A DNA stretch of 64,000 nucleotides, taken from positions 5,667-69,666 of the forward strand of contig CAXNIJ010000002.1 in assembly GCA_964202455.1 (NCBI GenBank), given 5' to 3'. A program made the translations under genes and the position numbers. The first letter of the stretch is position 1, and every line of letters starts with the position of its first letter. Source of the stretch: Candidatus Pacearchaeota archaeon. GTDB lineage: Archaea > Nanobdellota > Nanobdellia > Pacearchaeales > GW2011-AR1. This document shows, piece by piece, positions 39,645 to 49,285 of this stretch. The notes beneath the pieces are model-generated. The model ran no database searches. It saw only the letters and a list, made by a program, of their open reading frames with translations, and was not told where the DNA came from.

Positions 39645-40784
39645 TTAAGCTCTGCTAGCTTCAGGATAAATCTTACGATACTTCTCAAGTAGTTCGAGAA
39701 AAGTTCCTTCTTTAATTGCCTTACGTGCCTCTCTCATCAATGCTTGTAAAAAATATAAATTATGGTAACTTGCCAAACGTAGTCCGACTGGCTCTTCCTC
39801 AACGAGTAAAGAACGCAAATATGCCTTAGTATATTTTTTACAAACAAAACAATCACATTCTGGATCAAGAAAATTTGAATCATCTTTATATTTAACACTT
39901 CTCATGCTAATTCTTCCCTTAGAAGTATATAGTGTCCCATGTCTTGCAGATTTGGTAGGAAAACGAGAATCGAACATATCGACTCCAAGAGATATCGCCT
40001 CAAGTAATTCAAGAGGATGTCCTGCACCCATTAAATAAACTGGTTTTCCTTCCGGCAATATCTTCTTAACAACTTCAATCATTTCATACTCTTCTTTTTT
40101 AGGTTCTCCTAGTGCTAATCCACCTATAGAGTATCCATTAAAATCTAGAGCGAGTAAATCTCTAGCAGATTTTTCTCTTAAATCTGCATGTATTCCTCCC
40201 TGAATTATTCCAAATAGAATTTGTTTTTTATTTAGAGATAAATCTCTCTGTAAATTCAAATGATGCTCTTTGCATCTTCCAGCCCACATAGTAGTCTTTC
40301 TCACAGCTTCTGCAATTGATTCCTTAGATTCTTCAATTAGAGGCATACTGTCTAGACACATAGCAACATCACTCCCTAAACCAAGTTGAATTTCCATATC
40401 TTTTTCAGGAGTTACAAATAATTTCTCCCCATTATAAGGATTTCTAAAATTAACTCCCTCTTCACTAGAACCTAAATAAAGACTTGGAGAATTCATCTGA
40501 AATCCTCCAGAATCGGTAAATGTTTTTCCTGAATATGACATGAATTTTGCAATGCCTCCTTTTCTTTCAATTACATCTACTCCAGGTCGTAATGAAAGTA
40601 TAAATGCATTTGATATAATAACTTCTGCTTTCATGCTATCTAAATCCTCACTAGAAATATGCTTATTTACCGCCTTAGTTGCCACAGGCATAAAAAACGG
40701 AGTCTGGATTTCTCCAGATTTAGTTATTAAAATTCCGGTTCTAGCTTTAGTTTTATTACATTTCGTAATAATATCAAATACCAT
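39645..40784 (-). CDS. tgt: Bacterial-type tRNA-guanine transglycosylase
   Basis: TPFFMPVAT, DSGGFQ, GIIQGG, YLMGAG, GVDMFD, CxCxxC...H Zn site; 379 aa with no PUA domain. Confidence 0.93.
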   Translation of the reverse strand: MVFDIITKCNKTKARTGILITKSGEIQTPFFMPVATKAVNKHISSEDLDSMKAEVIISNAFILSLRPGVDVIERKGGIAKFMSYSGKTFTDSGGFQMNSPSLYLGSSEEGVNFRNPYNGEKLFVTPEKDMEIQLGLGSDVAMCLDSMPLIEESKESIAEAVRKTTMWAGRCKEHHLNLQRDLSLNKKQILFGIIQGGIHADLREKSARDLLALDFNGYSIGGLALGEPKKEEYEMIEVVKKILPEGKPVYLMGAGHPLELLEAISLGVDMFDSRFPTKSARHGTLYTSKGRISMRSVKYKDDSNFLDPECDCFVCKKYTKAYLRSLLVEEEPVGLRLASYHNLYFLQALMREARKAIKEGTFLELLEKYRKIYPEASRA

Positions 40785-40859
40785 ATCACTTCACAAAAAA
40801 GAACCTATAAAAAACCTACTACGCTCATCTTTTTAAGGTCATAGGCCTCTGCCTAAAGT

Positions 40860-41735
40860 ATGGATCGCGCGCTCGTTGATGAACTGCACTGTAAAAAAAT
40901 TATTGACAAACGACATGTTCTTTGGTGGCAACTAGGTTTTGAAGGCAGACGTCTCTATACGCAAGAAGAATTTGAGCAAAATCTTACAACAATTACCTAC
41001 AATTGCTATACCTGGGATGTTTCAACACGACTAGCAGGGGAAGAACTTCGCTCATTTCAAGTCTGGCCTCATACTAACGTTCCTTTCTTTATTAAAAAAG
41101 CAACATTTGACGGTCTTCAAATCGACTGTTTCTTCTCCATTAAACCTCTTTCACACGAAGCACCGTTTAATAATTTTAAAAAAACTGTAGAAAATTTACA
41201 TCAAGGAACGGACTTTCCCTTAGGCAAGTATTTAGGCACGCATATCCGTGGAGCGGTTCTCGATCTTACACCAGAATTTCTCTTTTGGACTCCATTCACT
41301 CTAGGAAGCAGACCCCTGTATTACGATTCTACTGCCTTCCGATTCGACACCCAAGAAATTGCCCTTCTTTGTCCTGTCCATCCAACAAAGTTCTATAAAA
41401 ATATTGTAGAAAAGACATGGTCAAAGCATGGCTTGCCACAACGCAAACCTCTAACTCTTGATCTTTTTCAATACGATCTCCGGCTTGTCCCTTATTATGA
41501 ATTTAATACTTCAAAAAATCAAGTCATGGTTTACCCTGCGAAAGTACATTCTGATCGCCTTGACCTTCCAGTCTTTGTGAGGGGAAATCCTAAAAGTGGA
41601 AAGCCTGAGATATTGGGTACAGGTATGATATATTTTGATGATGAATATCATAAAAATACTTTACACTATTGGCCATTGGGACATCACTTCAATGCAGCAA
41701 AGCGTTCACTCATTGAGCGCCTAGGTAAAGCTTAA
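40860..41735 (+). CDS. Hypothetical protein
   Basis: 291-aa ORF; no motif recognised. Confidence 0.6.
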   Translation: MDRALVDELHCKKIIDKRHVLWWQLGFEGRRLYTQEEFEQNLTTITYNCYTWDVSTRLAGEELRSFQVWPHTNVPFFIKKATFDGLQIDCFFSIKPLSHEAPFNNFKKTVENLHQGTDFPLGKYLGTHIRGAVLDLTPEFLFWTPFTLGSRPLYYDSTAFRFDTQEIALLCPVHPTKFYKNIVEKTWSKHGLPQRKPLTLDLFQYDLRLVPYYEFNTSKNQVMVYPAKVHSDRLDLPVFVRGNPKSGKPEILGTGMIYFDDEYHKNTLHYWPLGHHFNAAKRSLIERLGKA

Positions 41736-41813
41736 GAGACTATACACATCCGCATTTCCGGCGCTATAAAAATCCATCCAGATATTTAAATAGAGATCAA
41801 AAATAAAACTTTC

Positions 41814-42488
41814 ATGGAAAACAATATAGAAATCAAAAAAAATAGACTGAATTCAGTTTATATTGTAATAGATACCTCGTTTATTCTAAAAGGAATTCTT
41901 CAAGGATATACTTTAGATTCTAGAGCGCTTCTAGAAAGATGTAGACATATTAAAAATATCTCTGGAAGATCTTTGCGTTTTCCTCAAGGAGTTAAAACAG
42001 AAATGCTTGGAGCCATTGGCGAATGTTATCGAAATGAGAATGTGCGAGAAGTTCTTAGAATATTTCATGATACTAGACACTTTCCAGCAATACCAAATAT
42101 GGAGGAGCTACACTATTTTGATTTTTTTAAAAATAAAGTAGAAGAAATCGGAAAAAGATTAAATAATGGTCGTGATAAAAAAGACCTCTCTCCAATAGAC
42201 ATTAATCTCGGAGCTTATTCTATTCTTAAAACATTAAAAGGCGAAGTTATTCTTGGAACTCAAGATGAACTTCTAATAAATTCTACTTGGAGAGTACATG
42301 ACATTGCAAGCAGAGTATTTGAGGAAAGAAAACTTTCAAGCAGAAAATTATATTTAGTCAGAACATGTCAAGATTTAGAAAATGCATTAGAAAATATTAG
42401 AGCTATAAGAAATGAAAGAAGATTAATATCTGAAGATTATAAATTAGAGAAATATTCTTTCGGCTTCTCAAACTGTTCTCCATCGTAA
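41814..42488 (+). CDS. PIN-domain-like protein
   Basis: VIDTSFI, V..E, LSPIDI, LGTQDELL acidic pattern. Confidence 0.65.
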   Translation: MENNIEIKKNRLNSVYIVIDTSFILKGILQGYTLDSRALLERCRHIKNISGRSLRFPQGVKTEMLGAIGECYRNENVREVLRIFHDTRHFPAIPNMEELHYFDFFKNKVEEIGKRLNNGRDKKDLSPIDINLGAYSILKTLKGEVILGTQDELLINSTWRVHDIASRVFEERKLSSRKLYLVRTCQDLENALENIRAIRNERRLISEDYKLEKYSFGFSNCSPS

Positions 42489-42532
42489 ACTTCTCTAAAC
42501 ATTTAAATGCCTATAAAGATACATAAAATTAT

Positions 42533-42605
42533 GGGGCCATAGTCCAGCCTAGTAGGATTCCAGCATGGGGTGTTGGCGGCCTGGGTGCGAATCCCAGTGG
42601 CCCCA
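42533..42605 (+). tRNA. tRNA-Pro(GGG)
   Basis: GGGGCCA/TGGCCCC acceptor stem, CCAGC-AT-GGG-GT-GTTGG, T-arm CTGGG-TGCGAAT-CCCAG. Confidence 0.9.
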
Positions 42606-42644
42606 GTTATTTTTCAACATAGAAATATCTAAAAAGGATGATGG

Positions 42645-43259
42645 TTGAGAAAAACTATGACTCAAGAAAAATCTGTGATATTAATGATTGTCGATATTAG
42701 TGGATACACTAAATTCATGCTTGCAAATAAAACAAGTCTCATACATGCACAACAGATCATCAGTAGTCTGATGCAGGCAATCATAAAAGAGATCAACCTC
42801 CCCATGAAAATCGCAAAGTTTGAAGGCGATGCAATCTTCATCTACGCTCTTAAAGACAAGAATGCAAAAACTTGGACGCTACATAAACAACAGATCAATC
42901 AAAAACTTCCTTTCTTTTTCCATAGATTTAAAGAAAAGCTAGAAGAAATGAAAAAAACAATTAACTGCCCTTGTGGGGCCTGTTCAAATGTCCAAGGACT
43001 TAAACTCAAAGTTATTGTCCATAGTGGGGTAGCGCTTTTCTATAAGCTTGCAAATTTCTCTGAACTCGCAGGTATTGATGTTATTATTCTCCATCGTCTT
43101 CTTAAAAATTCGATTAATCGTCATGAATATATTCTTATTACTGAAGCAGCACATCTGGATATTACTCTTCAGGGAGAAAAACCCTTGCGAGGTAGCGAAT
43201 ATTATGACGATGTAGGAAAGATTAACGCCTATGTTTATTTACCAAAAGTTCTAGAATAA
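42645..43259 (+). CDS. DUF2652 nucleotide-cyclase-fold protein
   Basis: IVDISGYTKFM, KFEGDA, CPCGAC, LKVIVHSG, GIDVIILHRLLKNSI. Confidence 0.85.
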   Translation: MRKTMTQEKSVILMIVDISGYTKFMLANKTSLIHAQQIISSLMQAIIKEINLPMKIAKFEGDAIFIYALKDKNAKTWTLHKQQINQKLPFFFHRFKEKLEEMKKTINCPCGACSNVQGLKLKVIVHSGVALFYKLANFSELAGIDVIILHRLLKNSINRHEYILITEAAHLDITLQGEKPLRGSEYYDDVGKINAYVYLPKVLE

Positions 43260-43263
43260 AATA

Positions 43264-44022
43264 TTATCTCTTCGCATCATTCCAAAGTTCGTAAAAAAAC
43301 TTGCGATAATGCTCTGCCGTCTCTTTTGAAGTAATAGTAAAAACACGAGGTGTCGGTTCCCAAATAAATGTTGCAACAGTATCTTTAAAGATAGAAATAC
43401 TTGCGGGAAAGGGATGTTTGCTAACACGAAATTCGTAGCCTTGAGTTCGCGGAGCTCTAAGCTTTCGAGCATTGAGAAGATCTTTTTGAGAACAAAGGAT
43501 TTTTGCACGAGCACCTTGCTTTGCACGCAGATGATGAAACTTATCAAGTAAAAGTAAGAAGGATTTATGCCTCAATGCTTCAGGAGAAAACGCAAATCCG
43601 AGATATTCCTCTTTCTTCGTCAAATCTCTCATCATCTCAAGATACAGTGTTTTCAAACCCTCGAAACCGTGATAGACTCGAACCTGATGCTCAGATTGTC
43701 TAGACTGCTGTTTATCAAGGAGCTGAGGTAAAATATTTTTGAAAGCATTTTTCTGTTCCTTCAGATTCTGCTCACGCGTCTGAAGATAATCAAAGATCTT
43801 CTTAGGAGAAAGCGCCTGAAAATATCTCACACCGTCTCTAATTAAATCACTGACAAGCCCTTTTTCTTTGAGGCGCTCAAGAATCTCATAAACTTTCGAT
43901 CGCGATACTTTAGAGCTAATAATAATCGGTCCCGAAGATACCGTCCCCAATTCCAAAAGAGCAAAATAAACGCGCAACTCTCCTTTGGTAAATCCTATTT
44001 CTTCCAAAACTTGTGTATCCAT
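43264..44022 (-). CDS. TrmB-family transcriptional regulator
   Basis: IGFTKGELRVYFALLELG...RSKVYEILERL, VYHGFEG. Confidence 0.92.
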   Translation of the reverse strand: MDTQVLEEIGFTKGELRVYFALLELGTVSSGPIIISSKVSRSKVYEILERLKEKGLVSDLIRDGVRYFQALSPKKIFDYLQTREQNLKEQKNAFKNILPQLLDKQQSRQSEHQVRVYHGFEGLKTLYLEMMRDLTKKEEYLGFAFSPEALRHKSFLLLLDKFHHLRAKQGARAKILCSQKDLLNARKLRAPRTQGYEFRVSKHPFPASISIFKDTVATFIWEPTPRVFTITSKETAEHYRKFFYELWNDAKR

Positions 44023-44115
44023 ACAATTTCTTTCACTTTATCTTATATAAATCTGTTGCTTATTCACCACTAGAGGAGGAACAGCATTCATATAGATACA
44101 GAAAAGAAAAAGACT

Positions 44116-44808
44116 ATGCAAGAAAATACATGTTTTTTTAATCAAGAAATACTTAACGGTGATCTTATTACAAATCGTCTCTATAGAGAGGAACAAGGGG
44201 CTTTTCTCATTGAATCATTTCTCAAAGAAGATGCACTCGTCTCTTTACAAAAAGAAGTTCATTCGAAAAGAGATCTTTTAAAACAAGCAAAGCCAGTGTA
44301 TGGGGGAGCAGAACAAAGATTTAATATGCGCTACTGGGGAACTTATGAAACAGGAACGAACGATGACGAGGATTTCCCTTTAGTAAGTCAATTCGCACGA
44401 ACCTACGATGAATTAATACAACCTTTCGTAAATAAAGTACAACTTTCTCAACAGCACGTTTCATCCATAGGAGTACATATTTATGAAAAAAATAATAAGC
44501 AAGGATTAGGGTCGCACAGAGATCACTCAAATGTCCAACTAGTAAGTTGTTTTGTTCTCCAAGGATATGCTCCATTTTATATTGGAAAAAATCATACTTT
44601 AGCAGATAAAATAATCTTTAAGCCAAGAAGAGGAAGTCTATTGCTTATGCGCGGACCACGCAATGAAAGAGAAAGAGAGTATACCAATAATAAAAATCCA
44701 AACTATGATTCATCCTTAGACCTTCGCCCAATTCATTGTGTTGGCCCTGTTGAACAAGAACGCACAGTAATTATCTTACGGCATATTCTGGAGAAAACGC
44801 ATGCTTAA
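44116..44808 (+). CDS. 2OG-Fe(II) oxygenase-like protein (AlkB-like fold)
   Basis: HRD...IHCV...ERTVIILR gives the HxD-H-R signature. Confidence 0.72.
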   Translation: MQENTCFFNQEILNGDLITNRLYREEQGAFLIESFLKEDALVSLQKEVHSKRDLLKQAKPVYGGAEQRFNMRYWGTYETGTNDDEDFPLVSQFARTYDELIQPFVNKVQLSQQHVSSIGVHIYEKNNKQGLGSHRDHSNVQLVSCFVLQGYAPFYIGKNHTLADKIIFKPRRGSLLLMRGPRNEREREYTNNKNPNYDSSLDLRPIHCVGPVEQERTVIILRHILEKTHA

Positions 44809-45406
44809 GGAGATCACCACTGATCTAGAGATAAGTACAATTCATGAAGTTGCAGAAGAAGGTATACTCTATAGAGGATTTATCGCTCCAGAAAAACTCA
44901 TCGCGATAGATAACGCGCTCCAAGAAAAATTTTGCTTTCATCATCTTACAACTATAGATGGAAAAGTAGGGGCAGCAATGGAGAGATACAGTGACTACAC
45001 TGTGTGTATTGCACATACAGTACCGGTTAAATCCATAGAGCGAGAAATATGGAGAATTACTTATGCACTCTCACAACCTGCAAAACCCTGGTGTGCTTCA
45101 CTGGTTTCTTTTGAAGCATTAGATGGAATGACAAGTCATAAAGAATACAGTTATAATCGTGATCTCGTAGGAACACTCGTTCTCAAAGGGTCGCTTCTCT
45201 TCGGAACAGCCAAAGTACGAGAGGAAACATATAATGCAGAGAATATCGTACGCGCAAATGCAGGAGATTTGATAGCGCTCAAAGCGCCAAGTGAGTTCAG
45301 CGAAGTACGGCCCTACTTTTGCATGTTTGCTCCAGAACAATGTGATGCAGTTCGTCTTTGGATGAGGAGTCCTGATGAGTGCCGGTATCGTAAAGAGAAA
45401 CCATGA
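44801..45406 (+). CDS. Divergent paralog of the preceding oxygenase
   Basis: SHKEYS, LVLKG, GDLIALK and RPYFC align to the neighbour, but the distal His is absent. Confidence 0.55.
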   Translation: MLKEITTDLEISTIHEVAEEGILYRGFIAPEKLIAIDNALQEKFCFHHLTTIDGKVGAAMERYSDYTVCIAHTVPVKSIEREIWRITYALSQPAKPWCASLVSFEALDGMTSHKEYSYNRDLVGTLVLKGSLLFGTAKVREETYNAENIVRANAGDLIALKAPSEFSEVRPYFCMFAPEQCDAVRLWMRSPDECRYRKEKP

Positions 45407-45969
45407 ATCAAGCTAAAATAGAAGACTGCATAAAAGAACTCTTGCAAGCACTCGGAGAAGATCCAGAGCGAGAAGGTCTTAAGGAAACACCGCAAAGAGT
45501 TGCAAAGATGTATCAAGAACTCCTTTGCGGCACGCACGAAGACCCAAAAAAACATCTACAAACGTATTTCAACGAACTGCAAAGCGGAGATTTCGTGCTT
45601 GTTTCACATATTGAATTCTCTTCGCTCTGTGAGCATCATCTTCTTCCGTTTCGAGGTAATGTACATATCTCATATATTCCTCAAGGAGGTAAAATTCTTG
45701 GTCTGAGTAAATTCGGACGCATTGTAGAAATATTCTCACGTCGTCTGCAAGTACAAGAGCGTTTAACTTCGCAAATAGCTAAACTTATTATGCAAGAGAC
45801 ACAACCAAAAGGAGTCTACGTCATCGTAGAAGCAGAACATCTCTGTATGGCAATGCGAGGAGTAAAAAAGCAAGGTGTAAAAACAACAACAAGTGTAGCT
45901 CTGGGTGCATTCGAAAAAGAAGATTTTCTTAAAACAAAAGTATTGCATCTCATTCACCATGAATCCTAA
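45403..45969 (+). CDS. folE: GTP cyclohydrolase I (bacterial FolE type)
   Basis: REGLKETPQRVAKMY, SLCEHHLLPF, GLSK, RRLQVQERLT, HLCMAMRGV. Confidence 0.97.
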   Translation: MNQAKIEDCIKELLQALGEDPEREGLKETPQRVAKMYQELLCGTHEDPKKHLQTYFNELQSGDFVLVSHIEFSSLCEHHLLPFRGNVHISYIPQGGKILGLSKFGRIVEIFSRRLQVQERLTSQIAKLIMQETQPKGVYVIVEAEHLCMAMRGVKKQGVKTTTSVALGAFEKEDFLKTKVLHLIHHES

Positions 45970-46807
45970 TAATCTCCTCTATGAAAAAAAGACTCTGATC
46001 ATGGGCATTCTCAATTGTAATACTGATTCATTTGTTCCTCAAAGTCGTTACGATACCTTGCAAGGAGCAATCACAAAAGCAGAGCAAATGATCAAAGAAG
46101 GAGCAGACATTATTGACATAGGTGCAGAATCAACAAGGCCTGGTGCAAAACCACTCTCAGAGAAAGAAGAACTTCAAAGATTGATTCCAGTAGTACGTGA
46201 ACTCTCAAAACGAGGCATGTTCTGTTCTATTGATACGTACAAATCTCGCGTTGCACAAGAAACACTAGAAGAGGGAGCAAGAATGATTAATGATGTAAGT
46301 GGAGGAAAGTATGATCCAGAAATGTTCCCTATAGCTGCAAAATATCAAGTACCTCTAATAATTATGCAGAATCCTCTTCGTCCTAGAGAGTTCCCACACG
46401 TTCAAGGAAATCATCCCTATAAAGACGTTGTAAGTGAAGTAAGAGAAGATCTCAAATGTCTTGCCAACACTGCGCTAGAACATGGAATAACGCATAATAA
46501 TATTATACTCGATCCAGGAATAGGATTTAGAAAGAGTCTCGAAAACAACCTCTTACTTATTAAAGAAATCTCCAAGATAAAAGACTTAGGCTATCGTGTT
46601 CTCCTAGGGGTATCAAACAAGCACTTTATCGGAAAAATTCTCGAAAAAGAAGAACCTCATGATCGTATCTATGGCACACTTGCAATTACTGCGCTTGCCG
46701 CGCAGCAACGTATTGACATTGTTCGTGTGCATGATATAGCTCAAAACGCACAAGTTGCAAAAATGGTCGATGCATTATACAGAAAAAAAATAAAAAGAAA
46801 AAAATAA
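45959..46807 (+). CDS. folP: Dihydropteroate synthase
   Basis: IMGILN..DSF, DIGAESTRPGA, SIDT, INDVSG, DPGIGF, SNK, VRVHD; ATG at 45959. Confidence 0.96.
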   Translation: MNPNNLLYEKKTLIMGILNCNTDSFVPQSRYDTLQGAITKAEQMIKEGADIIDIGAESTRPGAKPLSEKEELQRLIPVVRELSKRGMFCSIDTYKSRVAQETLEEGARMINDVSGGKYDPEMFPIAAKYQVPLIIMQNPLRPREFPHVQGNHPYKDVVSEVREDLKCLANTALEHGITHNNIILDPGIGFRKSLENNLLLIKEISKIKDLGYRVLLGVSNKHFIGKILEKEEPHDRIYGTLAITALAAQQRIDIVRVHDIAQNAQVAKMVDALYRKKIKRKK

Positions 46808-46824
46808 ATTTGTTCTAATTATTT

Positions 46825-46986
46825 TTATTTAATCAATTCTTTAATTCGTTCAGCAACGCCTTGTGTTTCTCTCTCCAAATTCTTCTTATATTCCTCTAGC
46901 ATATTTATCTTTTCTTCGCGAGTAAAAAATATTCTAGAATTAGCCGAAGCGCAAACATCTGAACAAGATTCTAATTCATAATTCAT
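46825..46986 (-). CDS. Small coiled-coil protein (DUF5320-like)
   Basis: RIFFTREEKINMLEEYKKNLERETQGVAERIKEL; GGAGGTGA upstream; divergent from padR. Confidence 0.6.
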   Translation of the reverse strand: MNYELESCSDVCASANSRIFFTREEKINMLEEYKKNLERETQGVAERIKELIK

Positions 46987-47034
46987 ATTTCATATTTCAA
47001 GTCACCTCCTTTCAGTTTTTGTTTTCGTACGAAC

Positions 47035-47052
47035 ATATCGGGCATACGATAT
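47035..47052. promoter_or_regulatory. Candidate PadR operator
   Basis: ATATCG-N6-CGATAT palindrome between divergent genes, with a second ATATCGGG half-site near 47076. Confidence 0.45.
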
Positions 47053-47082
47053 ATATGAAAGAGGTATATTTAAATATATCGG

Positions 47083-47406
47083 GTGCCCTATCTATCTATG
47101 AATAAATCTCCAAAAGAAAAATATTGTTGTGATATGAGGGGAATGCTCTCATTTCTTATTCTTTTCTTGCTTTCAAAAAAAGCAATGCACGGTCAGGAAA
47201 TTGCGGATGAACTAGAAAAGCGTAAAGGTGACAGACCCTCTCCAGGCACAATTTATCCAGCATTAAAAGACTTGAAAGAAAAGAACCTTATTGAAGAAAA
47301 TAAAGAGGGGAAAAATATAATTTATCATTTAACTTCAACAGGTAAAAAAGCCCTATCTATTGCAAAAGCAAAATTCTGCAAAACATTTACTGACGTTATA
47401 AAATGA
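47083..47406 (+). CDS. PadR-family regulator (start probably 47098)
   Basis: [10 protein letters not shown]...MHGQEI...[10 protein letters not shown]...YHLTSTG. Confidence 0.92.
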   Translation: MPYLSMNKSPKEKYCCDMRGMLSFLILFLLSKKAMHGQEIADELEKRKGDRPSPGTIYPALKDLKEKNLIEENKEGKNIIYHLTSTGKKALSIAKAKFCKTFTDVIK

Positions 47407-47795
47407 AACATCAAAATTCAATAGAAGAAGAATACAAAAAGAAACTCACTCCAGAACAATATAAAATTCTCCGTCAAAGAGGGACAGAAAAAGCATTCAC
47501 TGGAAAATATTACAATACAAAAGATAAAGGAACATACAATTGTACTGCATGTGGGGCAGAGTTATTTTCTTCAGATAAAAAATTTGACTCTGGAACTGGT
47601 TGGCCTAGTTTTTCAGACATAGTTAAATCAGAAGCGGTAAAACTCAATAATGATGAAAGTCTAGAAATGCAGAGAATTGAAGTTACTTGCGCTAATTGCG
47701 GTAGTCATCTAGGGCATGTGTTTGATGACGGCCCAACTCAGACAAAAAAACGTTATTGTATCAACTCTGCGTGCTTATTACTAAAGAAAAGTTAG
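47403..47795 (+). CDS. msrB: Peptide methionine sulfoxide reductase B
   Basis: [35 protein letters not shown]. Confidence 0.97.
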   Translation: MKHQNSIEEEYKKKLTPEQYKILRQRGTEKAFTGKYYNTKDKGTYNCTACGAELFSSDKKFDSGTGWPSFSDIVKSEAVKLNNDESLEMQRIEVTCANCGSHLGHVFDDGPTQTKKRYCINSACLLLKKS

Positions 47796-47905
47796 TTCGC
47801 TTCGCTCACTACTCCAGTAGATAAGCCGGACATAGTACTCTGTCAAACTTAGGAAATCATAATTTACTTATGAATCAAAAGCACGATGCGCTACCTCAAC
47901 TTAAA

Positions 47906-48050
47906 CGTCAGAAACTTTCAGTTTCTGATCACTTCGAAACTCAAAGAGTTTCTTAGTCTCAAAGACAAAATTCTTTGATGACACTCAAGACATTAAGAAT
48001 ACTCTTTTTTTCTCATTCTTGATTGCGCTCAAGAATAAAAGATTCTTGAC
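47906..48050. repeat. Array of about five tandem hairpins (type A joined to type B)
   Basis: TCAGAAAC/GTTTCTGA, GAAACTC/GAGTTTC, TCAAAGA/TCTTTGA, TCAAGAAT/ATTCTTGA. Confidence 0.75.
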
Positions 48051-48063
48051 GATTGGAAATTCT

Positions 48064-48795
48064 TTATGAGCTGGAGTTTTCGTTAAGTTCCTTGACATCA
48101 TAAACTCGCAATTTATTCATAATTTCAACTAGTTCACTTATATCTTCAAGTTCGTAGTCAGCCCCACTTTTCCCTTTCTCTTTTGGAGTTTTACCAATTC
48201 TTCTTTCACCATATCTTGCATAACAAGTCCTTAAACCTAATTTCTTTGCAGTGTTTACATCTCTTTCAACTCTATCTCCAACCATCATTGCTTCATTTGG
48301 TTTTACTCCAAGTTCGCGTAAAGCTGCATTAAAAGGGGCGGCAGTGGTCTTCTGCTTTCTAACATCTGCAGCAGTAACTACTACATCGAAAAAATCATCT
48401 ATGTTTAACATTACAAGACGCATATGGGCTTGTAAAATTGGAGCATCGCTAACAATAGCAAGTTTATAGTTTTTCTTTAAAGCTAGTAGTGTAGGAACTA
48501 CTCTAGGATACAATTTCAAATAATGTTCTCTTGCTTTCCTATAAGCAACTATGCCGTGTGCAATATATTTATATTCTATTTTTCCTCCTAGAGCATTAAA
48601 GAATTTCTCAAATATATGCTGTTGTTCAATTCCATGTATCTCATATAAATCGAACAAAATTTTCAAAGCGTCCTCTCGTTCCATATTTAAACCTGAAGAA
48701 AGCATTGCATCAATTGCTGCCTCACAGCATCTTATCTTCATAGTCATAAAATCTACCAAAGTATTATCTAAATCAAATAAAATAGCTTTAATCAT
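48064..48795 (-). CDS. HAD-superfamily hydrolase
   Basis: FDLDNTL, IVSD, K, MVGDRVERD. Confidence 0.92.
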   Translation of the reverse strand: MIKAILFDLDNTLVDFMTMKIRCCEAAIDAMLSSGLNMEREDALKILFDLYEIHGIEQQHIFEKFFNALGGKIEYKYIAHGIVAYRKAREHYLKLYPRVVPTLLALKKNYKLAIVSDAPILQAHMRLVMLNIDDFFDVVVTAADVRKQKTTAAPFNAALRELGVKPNEAMMVGDRVERDVNTAKKLGLRTCYARYGERRIGKTPKEKGKSGADYELEDISELVEIMNKLRVYDVKELNENSSS

Positions 48796-48878
48796 TATCT
48801 CTTTTCCAATGTTTACCTTAAATATATTTGCATCTTTAAAAATGAAACCTTTAAATAAACCTTTTACTTAAAAAATAT

Positions 48879-49274
48879 ATGGGTTTGTTTCATAAAGGAG
48901 GTGGAGATATAATAGATTTTCCAATGCTTCAAAAAAGAGGAATTATAAAGAAAGAAGAAATTCCTCCAATCAATAATGCAAAAATAGATCCTCACACCGG
49001 ATTTATAGAGTTCCTAGAGCCGTCCAATATAACCTCTAACGATTTACAAGTGCCTTCTCCTTCTTCTAATTCTTCACAAACAACAGATTTACTAAGTTTT
49101 TTAGATTCGAGCGCCTCAATTTCCGCATCTTCTCCATCATCTTTTCAATCAACTCAAAAAGATTCTTTAGAAATGCAATCTCTTAAGATAAAAATAGATG
49201 ATTTGGAATTTAAATTAGAAAGTTTACTAGAAAAAATTTCTCTTTTAGAAATTAAATTCTCAGGTAATTCTTAA
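48879..49274 (+). CDS. Hypothetical protein with a C-terminal coiled coil
   Basis: 131-aa ORF with an upstream promoter. Confidence 0.6.
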   Translation: MGLFHKGGGDIIDFPMLQKRGIIKKEEIPPINNAKIDPHTGFIEFLEPSNITSNDLQVPSPSSNSSQTTDLLSFLDSSASISASSPSSFQSTQKDSLEMQSLKIKIDDLEFKLESLLEKISLLEIKFSGNS

Positions 49275-49285
49275 TAAAAAAAACG

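Noticed and set aside
47906-48050. CRISPR array
   Set aside because: The units are non-identical hairpins without 30-40-nt unique spacers, and no cas genes are in the window.
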